A stretch of DNA of 64,000 nucleotides from an uncultured Elusimicrobia bacterium. Lineage in GTDB: Bacteria; Elusimicrobiota; Elusimicrobia; Elusimicrobiales; UBA9959. A program made the position numbers and the translations under genes. A model generated the notes under the pieces. The model saw only the letters and a list, made by a program, of their open reading frames with translations. It made no database searches and was not told the DNA's origin. Location of the stretch: assembly GCA_903879915.1 (NCBI GenBank), contig CAIRNJ010000091.1, forward strand, positions 95,718 through 159,717, read 5' to 3'. Of the stretch, positions 1 to 9,950 are shown piece after piece (positions within the stretch are counted from its first letter, which is position 1; each line of letters starts with the position of its first letter).

Positions 1-776
1 ACCGGCCGGGACGGCAGCGCCCAGACCTCGTAAGGGTACCGCGCGCAGACCGGCACGAAGGCAGCGGCGGAAGCTTCCCGGGCCACCAGGCGGGCGCCGC
101 CGGCCAGTTCGCCGGCCAGCATATCCGCCAGCAGGCCGCGGCCGTGATCCTCCATGTATCCGCGCTGCAGCTCCAGCTCGCGCGCCGGGATGGGCGGGAT
201 GAACGGATAAGCGTAGATCTGCCCGTGCGGATGGTTGAGCGTCACGCCCATTTCCTGGCCGCGGTTCTCGAACGGCATCACATATTGTATTTCCTCGCGC
301 CCGCCTATTTCCTCATAGCGGTCCGCCCAGACGTCCACGAGCAGCTCGAAGTGCGAGAGCGGCAGCGCGCCCAGGCTGGAGGCCGCGTCCTGCGTGAACA
401 CCACCACCTCGCAGACGCCGTTGGCGGGGCGGCTGGGGGTGGGCAGTTCGGGGCGGGCCGAGGCGCCGGCCGCCATGGACGGGAAGCGGTTGTCGAAAAC
501 GGCTATATCGTAGTCGCCGACCGGCAGCTCCGTGGGGAACTGCTCCGACCGGCTGGGCGCCAGCGGGTTGTATTCCGGCGGCGGCAGGAAGGTCCTGTTA
601 TTGCGGTGGCTGGCGTAGGCCACCCACTCGCCGCGCAGCGGATGCCAGCGCAGGTGGGGGTCGGCCTCCACGGGCTCCGCGCCGGGGCTGGGGGCGCGCA
701 GGCCGCCGGGAATAGGCCGCCGCGAGTAAAGCAAAAGCTGTCTGCCGTCCGGCTTTTTTAGTTTTATTTTTTCCAT
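1..776 (-). CDS. galT: Galactose-1-phosphate uridylyltransferase (partial; 3' end runs off the left window edge)
   Basis: Absent from the ORF track because it is truncated by the edge. My minus-strand translation from ATG 776..774 gives MEKIKLKKPDGRQLLLYSRRP...FENRGQEMGVTLNHPHGQIYAYPF, which contains the GalT HPH active-site motif. It starts 6 nt after the lacZ stop. The + ORF 144..761 is its antisense shadow. Confidence 0.8.
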   Translation of the reverse strand, partial: MEKIKLKKPDGRQLLLYSRRPIPGGLRAPSPGAEPVEADPHLRWHPLRGEWVAYASHRNNRTFLPPPEYNPLAPSRSEQFPTELPVGDYDIAVFDNRFPSMAAGASARPELPTPSRPANGVCEVVVFTQDAASSLGALPLSHFELLVDVWADRYEEIGGREEIQYVMPFENRGQEMGVTLNHPHGQIYAYPFIPPIPARELELQRGYMEDHGRGLLADMLAGELAGGARLVAREASAAAFVPVCARYPYEVWALPSRP

Positions 777-781
777 AAGAA

Positions 782-4106
<3,325 letters not shown>

Positions 4107-4419
4107 CTGCCGTCCGCTGTCATTTGAGCCGGAGGCTTAAAGAGGGAATAGGCGGTCGGAATATCGGGAGAGCGCGCAATGTCCGTTAAACTTCCGCATA
4201 CGCATGGTGCTTTTGTCTTGAGGCAACGGTGAAAATAGGCCTTTTAGTCCTGCGAGATATTCTCTTTATGCTCAGGTGCTCCGCTTTATCCCGCCCCGCT
4301 GTCCCGATAGCCTAACGTTAGCTAAAGCACTGACCCGATTATTGCTAAAATAGCAAGGAATAAGCTTGCGATAGCAGCCCTTATGTTCATTACAGCTCAT
4401 CAGCCCCACGGAGGGAACC

Positions 4420-5928
4420 ATGGAAAATAAATTCGAAGAACTTCGTAAACGCTGCGAGGAGATGGCCGCCTTGGGGTCGGCCGGAGCGCTGCTGGGCTGG
4501 GACCAGAACGTCTATATGCCGCCCAAGGGCGCGCAAGCCCGTGGCAGAACGCTGGCGGTGATAAGCGAGCTGGCCCATCACAAGCTTACCTGCAGGGAGA
4601 CCGGGACGCTCATAGCGGACCTTTACGACTGGGCCCAGGCCAAGGGATACGACAGTTTCGAGGCGGCTTTCCTGCGCGCCATAAAGCGCGACTACGACCA
4701 GGAGGTCAAGATCCCGGCCGAACTGGTAAAAGAGCTCTCCCTGGCCACCACGGCCTCTTTCGAAGCCTGGCATAAGGCCAGGAAGGCTTCCGACTTCGCC
4801 ATGTTCGCCCCGCACCTGGAGAAGGTGGCGGAGCTGAACCTGCGCAAGGCGGAAGCGCTGGGCTACGATAAGTCGCCTTACGACGCGCTGCTGGACCTTT
4901 ACGACGCCGGCATGCGCCGCGAGAAGCTGGACGGCATTTTCGCCGAGCTGGCCGCCGGCCTGACGCCCGTGATAAAGGCCATAAACGAAAGGGCGGACAA
5001 AGTTTCAAGCGCCCCGTTCAAGGGCGATTTCGCCCCCGCCGCGCAGCTCGGCCTCGCCCTGGAGATAGCCAGGGCGCTGGGCTATGACCTCGAGGCCGGC
5101 CGCCAGGACCTGGCCGCGCACCCGTTCTCCAGCGGCATACTTTCGCCCGACGACGTGCGCATAACCACGCGCACGCAGGCCGACTGGCTCCCGGCCTGCG
5201 TCTACGCCTCCATCCACGAGACCGGCCACGCCCTCTACGAGCAGGGCTTCCCCGGTGAATTCGCGTTCACCCCGCTGGCCTCGGCCGCCTCCCTGGGCGT
5301 GCACGAATCGCAGTCGCGCTTCTGGGAGAACCTGATAGGCCGCAGCCGGCCTTTCGCTGCCTGGGCGCTGCCGCTGTACCGCAAGCATTTCCCCGGCAAG
5401 TTCGACAGCCTCACGCCCGAGGACATCTACCGCGCGGCCAACCGGTCAGAGGCCTCGCTGATACGCGTGGAAGCGGATGAAGTCACCTACAACCTGCATA
5501 TAGCGCTGCGCTACGAGATAGAAACGCAGCTGCTGGACCGCAGCCTGAAGATAAAGGACGCGCCGGAGCTCTGGAACGCGAAGATGAAGGAGTATTTCGG
5601 CATAACTCCCTCCAACGACGCCGAAGGCATACTGCAGGACGTGCACTGGGGCTACGGCATGATAGGCTATTTCCCGTCCTATACCATCGGCAACCTGATC
5701 TCTGCCCAGCTTTACGCCGCTATCCGCAAGGACCTGCCCGGCATGGACGCCATGATAGAGAAGGGGGAGTTCGCGCCGCTGCTGGCCTGGCTCAGGCGGA
5801 AGGTGCACGCGCAGGGGCGGAAGTACCAGCCCGAAGAGCTGCTGGACCGCGCTGCGGGGCAGAAGCTCAGCGTGAAGCCTTTCGTGGAGTACATAAGAAC
5901 GAAGTACTCCGCGCTGTACGGCTTTTGA
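4420..5928 (+). CDS. M32 family carboxypeptidase (Taq-type metallocarboxypeptidase)
   Basis: HETGHALYEQG (HExxH), HESQSRFWEN, IRVEADEVTYNLHI and DVHWGYG are all M32 signatures. A GGAGGG Shine-Dalgarno sits just upstream of the ATG. Confidence 0.88.
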   Translation: MENKFEELRKRCEEMAALGSAGALLGWDQNVYMPPKGAQARGRTLAVISELAHHKLTCRETGTLIADLYDWAQAKGYDSFEAAFLRAIKRDYDQEVKIPAELVKELSLATTASFEAWHKARKASDFAMFAPHLEKVAELNLRKAEALGYDKSPYDALLDLYDAGMRREKLDGIFAELAAGLTPVIKAINERADKVSSAPFKGDFAPAAQLGLALEIARALGYDLEAGRQDLAAHPFSSGILSPDDVRITTRTQADWLPACVYASIHETGHALYEQGFPGEFAFTPLASAASLGVHESQSRFWENLIGRSRPFAAWALPLYRKHFPGKFDSLTPEDIYRAANRSEASLIRVEADEVTYNLHIALRYEIETQLLDRSLKIKDAPELWNAKMKEYFGITPSNDAEGILQDVHWGYGMIGYFPSYTIGNLISAQLYAAIRKDLPGMDAMIEKGEFAPLLAWLRRKVHAQGRKYQPEELLDRAAGQKLSVKPFVEYIRTKYSALYGF

Positions 5929-5940
5929 GCGTCCTCCGAG

Positions 5941-6504
5941 TTATATGCGCCCTTCGCACGCGGCTTTGGCGGCTTTCCTCAGGCAGGTCACTATTACCAG
6001 CGGCGTTAAAATAACGCCCGCGATAAATCCTAGCAGCCCGAAGAGACCTCCGCGCAATCTGGCGGCGCCATAGCTGTGTTCCGCGTATTTGCCGCGCGAG
6101 CCTAAAAAATAGCCTGCCAGCGCCATCGAGATCGGGGTCATCACGATCGCGATAGGGGCAAGAATAATGCTCTCCACCGCCCTGGCGCGCTTGTGGCTGG
6201 AGATAGGCGCTACATGGGGGGGAGGTACCTGGGCCGCCAGGGAGACCCGCCGTGCGGCGGATACGGCCGCGGCCTGGTCTAAGACAGGGTCCGGGAAAGA
6301 GCCGAGCCTCACGGCCGGCGCCTGCGCCGCCCCGTCCAGGGTTCTGGCGGAAAAAAGCCTGGCGGCTTCAGGCGTGCCGGCTTCGGCGGCCGCGGACAAC
6401 TCCGCGGCCAGCTCGAGCGAAGCGCGCGAGGTCTGGGCGGACGCCCCGGCACCGGTCAGGGACAGAAGGATAAGCAGCGCTCCCGCCGTTAAGTGTTTGT
6501 TCAT
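5941..6504 (-). CDS. Hypothetical membrane-anchored exported protein
   Basis: Signal peptide MNKHLTAGALLILLSLTGAGASA, an Ala-rich linker and hydrophobic C-terminal helices. It has a 4-nt ATGA overlap with the upstream lipase-like gene. Confidence 0.55.
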   Translation of the reverse strand: MNKHLTAGALLILLSLTGAGASAQTSRASLELAAELSAAAEAGTPEAARLFSARTLDGAAQAPAVRLGSFPDPVLDQAAAVSAARRVSLAAQVPPPHVAPISSHKRARAVESIILAPIAIVMTPISMALAGYFLGSRGKYAEHSYGAARLRGGLFGLLGFIAGVILTPLVIVTCLRKAAKAACEGRI

Positions 6505-7505
6505 TTTATCGCTCCCGCCGGCAGCCGCGCGAGCAGCAGCTCGAACAAAGTGTTTATGAACGCTATCCGGTCGAACGGGATGCGGGAACTTTCGCTGATG
6601 GTAGCGTTATGGTCCGGGGTCCCGGCGGTTATAGTATAAGCGCCGGGCAGCAGCGCGCTTTCGGTAGGGACAACCCCGTCGTTCTTCATTCCGTGCTCCA
6701 GCAGGAAATTACGGATCATCGCGTTCTCCGTATCCATGGAACCATCGTCGTTATCTACCCACGAACCGAAAGAGACGAAAGGGACCCGGGCGGTAAGGTA
6801 GGCGATGCCCTCCGCGTTATCCTGCTGATATCTCGTGCGCGTATCTACGGTAAGGTCCAGCAGCGACAGTTCCGAACCGCCCAGTATCGACAGCGCGGTC
6901 CACATGGTAGTGAGCCAATTCTCGAGCACATAATCCGCGATCAGCGTTCCTTTAAAAGGGCTCTGGATCGTGATCACGCCCGCCACTTTCGCGTCCAGGT
7001 CCGGCTCGGCCAGCAGCGCCTCAAGCGTATCCAGGCCGCCCTTGCTGTGCGCCACTATAATGACCGGCCCGGGGGACCGTCTTACGCTTTCGGCTACCCT
7101 TGCGGCATTATCCACTACCGAACTTTCGGACCTTATATCGACGATGCGCGCGTCTATCCCGTTGCTGCGCAGCCAGGCTATCTGCGAATAAAAATACGGC
7201 TTTTTCGGCATCTGCGGGCTCTTGTCCAGTAATTCCGGGGCTACCGAACTGTTGCTCAGGAACCCGGGCACGAAAAGAACGCGGTATTCGCCCAGCTGCA
7301 GCGGAACGGTTCCGCCCTGGGCCCGGGTCTTTTCCGGAAAAATTCGTTCATATTCCGCTGAAATGTCTCCCGGGAGTTCCTGTGTCGGGGCCGTCCCGGG
7401 CGCGGGCCCGGCGCCCCAGCACCGGGCGTGCCAGGGCAGCACCAGCAGGGCGGCCAAAGCCGCCGCGCGCAGGCGCTCATGTCTGAACAGGGCAGTGTAG
7501 GTCAT
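6501..7505 (-). CDS. Secreted alpha/beta-hydrolase, lipase/esterase-like
   Basis: VLFVPGF, nucleophile elbow VAHSKGG (a GxSxG variant) and IQSPFKGT. Cassette copy B lies upstream. Confidence 0.6.
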   Translation of the reverse strand: MTYTALFRHERLRAAALAALLVLPWHARCWGAGPAPGTAPTQELPGDISAEYERIFPEKTRAQGGTVPLQLGEYRVLFVPGFLSNSSVAPELLDKSPQMPKKPYFYSQIAWLRSNGIDARIVDIRSESSVVDNAARVAESVRRSPGPVIIVAHSKGGLDTLEALLAEPDLDAKVAGVITIQSPFKGTLIADYVLENWLTTMWTALSILGGSELSLLDLTVDTRTRYQQDNAEGIAYLTARVPFVSFGSWVDNDDGSMDTENAMIRNFLLEHGMKNDGVVPTESALLPGAYTITAGTPDHNATISESSRIPFDRIAFINTLFELLLARLPAGAIK

Positions 7506-7693
7506 AGGTTTAACGCTTCCTGAGCTTTAAGAACGGACCGCTTCGAGAACATGCGCGGCCGAACTATCGTGTTAAGGATAATTTACCTTACTTTCAGGCG
7601 GTTACCATGAGGCAGGGGAACCAGAACGGGACTTTTTTTTGGCCCAGGAGCGGCGGCTGAATTAAAACAACTATCTTTAAACCTTAAGTTTAA
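7506..7693 (-). promoter_or_regulatory. Type-1 upstream cassette, copy B (lipase-like operon)
   Basis: P0 at 7677..7693 (TTAAAC-N5-GTTTAA variant), core at 7643..7660, CATGAGG at 7606..7612 and AATTTACC at 7580..7587. Linkers are 16/30/18 nt and the leader to the ATG is 74 nt. Confidence 0.7.
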
Positions 7694-7878
7694 AACCGGG
7701 GGTCTTTCAGATCGTTCCGGCAAGCCTGAGGCCGGTAAAGATATGGTAAAAGAGTGCCCGGCTGAAGGTGGGCATAATAATTAAAAAACAGGAACTAAAA
7801 GCACTTAGCTTTGGCGCAGGCTGGAGGTAAACTATAAGCAGGAAGCAGTATCCAGATTCGGGTGTCAACGGAGAGGCT

Positions 7879-8637
7879 ATGAAAAAGATGATCCTGGCGG
7901 CGGCAGCGGTAATAGCGGTTTCCGGCCTCGGATATGCGGGGGAAAGCGCGTTCAACGAGCTCAGCGGCGGGGCGGCCGCGGCCGGCGTGACTATTGCGCA
8001 GCCGCCGGCTCCTTCGGGCGCGGCCGGGGCGGAGCAGGCGGGGAAAGATCCCCTGCGCCGCGGGCTCACCGCCGGCGAAAAGAAACTGCTGGAAAAAATA
8101 TTCGCGGACGGTATCGATTATTCCAGGGTGACGCTGCATCACCATAAATGGCTGCCTTTCCAGTCGGACAAAGTTGCGATGTCCCCGAACGGCAGCATCT
8201 ACCTGCCTGGAGAGCTGTATTTCGAAGATTTCAGCGTCCTGGCCGCGACGGATCCCCACTTCATCCTGTTCCTGCATGAAATGGGCCACGTTTATCAGTA
8301 CAAGCAGGGTGTGGCCGTGACTGCCAGAAGGTTTTTCGAAGGCGGGAGGTACCGCTACACGATAACGCCGGACAAAGACCTTAACGATTATACGCTGGAA
8401 GCGCAGGCCGAGATAATCGGCGACTACGCGTTCTGCATTTTTATAGGGCGGGCCTGGGGCTTTTCGGAAGAGTTCAACGCGCTGCTGAAGGTTAAGTGTG
8501 TCAAAAGGTTCTCGCCCGCGCTGGATAATTTCCTGAAAGACCCGAAGTACCTCCGGGCGGACGAAGAGCGCAGGGCCGCTATCCAGCACGAGCGGGCCGC
8601 GCAACGGCTGCGGCACAAGGGCAACCCCGGCGCATAA
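7879..8637 (+). CDS. Secreted HExxH metallopeptidase-like protein
   Basis: Signal peptide MKKMILAAAAVIAVSGLGYAGE. LHEMGHVYQ (HExxH) is preceded by LTAGEKKLLEKIFADGIDYSRVTLH, which resembles DUF4157-type domains. GGTAAACT lies ~45 nt upstream of the ATG. Confidence 0.5.
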   Translation: MKKMILAAAAVIAVSGLGYAGESAFNELSGGAAAAGVTIAQPPAPSGAAGAEQAGKDPLRRGLTAGEKKLLEKIFADGIDYSRVTLHHHKWLPFQSDKVAMSPNGSIYLPGELYFEDFSVLAATDPHFILFLHEMGHVYQYKQGVAVTARRFFEGGRYRYTITPDKDLNDYTLEAQAEIIGDYAFCIFIGRAWGFSEEFNALLKVKCVKRFSPALDNFLKDPKYLRADEERRAAIQHERAAQRLRHKGNPGA

Positions 8638-8676
8638 CTCGTCTTCCGGCCCTATACCTGGCATCATGAGCATGGT

Positions 8677-8706
8677 CTGGCAGGCGGAGGTTTCCCATGG
8701 TATAAT
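8677..8706 (+). promoter_or_regulatory. Candidate ssrA promoter
   Basis: CTGGCA (8677..8682), an 18-nt spacer, then TATAAT (8701..8706) preceded by TGG (extended -10 like). It lies ~50 nt upstream of the mature tmRNA 5' end. Confidence 0.4.
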
Positions 8707-8755
8707 ATAAAGACGCCATCCAGGGCAAAGTCAGTGCCCGGGCGGCCCGACAGAC

Positions 8756-9107
8756 GGGGGCGAATAGGTTCGACGTTGACTTGTTCTGTCAGATCAGCAG
8801 GCCATGGTTGACCAGGCCATGTAAAACAGGGTCAAAAACATAAAAGCCAACTCCAACGAGATGGCCTGGGCGCACGCTTAAGTGTGCCTCGCTTGTAGCC
8901 TACCCGCCTGAGCGGGCTATAAAGCGTTAAATTCAGGCTGCTGTCGTCAGGGGCGCGCTTCGTCCCGTGCCGGCTTAAGACAATACGGAGCTTGGCCGGG
9001 AATTGTCGTCCTGAACTAATCCCGGCCGAGACACACTCAGGGCTAAGCCTGTAGCGGTTCTGACAAGCTGTTAGCGGACCCGGGTGCGAATCCCGGCGCC
9101 TCCACCA
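8756..9107 (+). ncRNA. ssrA: tmRNA (transfer-messenger RNA)
   Basis: The 5' GGGGGCG pairs with the 3' CGCCTCC-ACCA, including the G3:U alanine identity pair. A T-arm GGACCCGGGTGCGAATCCCGG is present. The internal tag ORF GCC AAC TCC AAC GAG ATG GCC TGG GCG CAC GCT TAA encodes ANSNEMAWAHA. Confidence 0.9.
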
Positions 9108-9114
9108 GATATAA

Positions 9115-9152
9115 AGCGCAGGGTGCTAAAACACCCTGCGCTTTTATTTTTT
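9115..9152 (+). terminator. Rho-independent terminator of ssrA
   Basis: AGCGCAGGGTG-ctaaaa-CACCCTGCGCT followed by TTTATTTTTT. Confidence 0.8.
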
Positions 9153-9156
9153 CCGC

Positions 9157-9185
9157 TTGACCATAACGGAGCGGAGAGTTATAAT
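9157..9185 (+). promoter_or_regulatory. Sigma70-type promoter
   Basis: TTGACC (9157..9162), a 17-nt spacer, then TATAAT (9180..9185). Confidence 0.6.
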
Positions 9186-9283
9186 AATTCCAGTTCTTTT
9201 TGGTCCGGAAACTTAAACTCTGTGTAACCCGGGGGATCGGCCCCGGGGTGAAACGCGATCCCGCCATAACGGGATGAACCCAC

Positions 9284-9331
9284 GGGAAAGATGGTACGGC
9301 TCGGCCGTCCCTGTCTTTCCCGTTTTTGTTT
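9284..9331 (+). terminator. Terminator-like hairpin inside the 5' leader of the 9360 gene (candidate attenuator)
   Basis: GGGAAAGA (9284..9291) pairs with TCTTTCCC (9314..9321), with an inner ACGG/CCGT pairing, followed by GTTTTTGTTT. It lies between the promoter at 9157..9185 and the ATG at 9360. Confidence 0.5.
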
Positions 9332-9359
9332 GCCCGGCAGCATGGCAAGGAGGGAACAA

Positions 9360-9908
9360 ATGGGTATCAGAACGTTAGCGGTTTGCAGCGCGGTTATCGC
9401 CTTCGCATCAATGGCAGAGGGCGCGGAAATACGGTTCGACAGGGGAGTGGACCTTGAACAGTTCGTCACGGCCGCCGGGCAGGGGGAGGTTCCGTCTCCC
9501 GCGCCGGCCCGGTCGCACAACGGGAATATAGGCCTCACGCGCTCCTGCGCGCGGCTGGCGCTGGGCGCGGGGGAAGGCCCGGTCGTATCGAAAAAAGCGG
9601 AACTTGCCAGCCAGCGGTATATAGAAGAGTGCAAGCCGGTGCCCGCCGGCGATACCGGTCTGATAATAGAGCATTGCTATCAGCGCCCGCTGCAGGAGTG
9701 GACGCGCACGGTAAAGCTTCTTGCCGCGCCGCGCCAGCTTCCGCCGGGCGCTGAAGAGATCTTCGAGGTCTGCCTTGAGGGGGAGAAGCTGGAACTGACT
9801 CCGGTAGTGGTTTTCTACCCCTACGCCTTAGCCCGGGAGGGGGAGGGTGAAGTTCTGTTCACCCTGACTCCGCCGCCCGCCGCGCCCGGAAAGAAGAAAG
9901 CCCCCTGA
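9360..9908 (+). CDS. Secreted hypothetical protein
   Basis: I moved the start to MGIRTLAVCSAVIAFASMAEGAE (ATG 9360), which has AAGGAGGGAACAA upstream. The track start 9291 adds a non-signal extension. Confidence 0.55.
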   Translation: MGIRTLAVCSAVIAFASMAEGAEIRFDRGVDLEQFVTAAGQGEVPSPAPARSHNGNIGLTRSCARLALGAGEGPVVSKKAELASQRYIEECKPVPAGDTGLIIEHCYQRPLQEWTRTVKLLAAPRQLPPGAEEIFEVCLEGEKLELTPVVVFYPYALAREGEGEVLFTLTPPPAAPGKKKAP

Positions 9909-9918
9909 GCGGGGGCTT
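9898..9918. terminator. Hairpin between convergent genes
   Basis: AAGCCCCC-tgagc-GGGGGCTT. The U-rich tail (TCTTCTTTCC) is on the minus-strand reading, so it more likely serves the 9951..12893 gene. Confidence 0.4.
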
Positions 9919-9950
9919 CCTTCGCTGTTCACGGGCGGCCGGCCGCCTGC

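Noticed and set aside
144-761. 205-aa plus-strand ORF at the left edge
   Set aside because: It is Arg/Gly/Ala/His-rich with no motif. It lies exactly antisense to a clean GalT reading frame carrying the HPH motif, which is truncated by the window edge and therefore missing from the track.
7707-8673. Minus-strand ORFs 7707..8069 and 7795..8673 overlapping the 7879..8637 gene
   Set aside because: The plus-strand product has a signal peptide, an HExxH motif and a Shine-Dalgarno (GGAGAGG). The minus-strand frames are low-complexity shadows.
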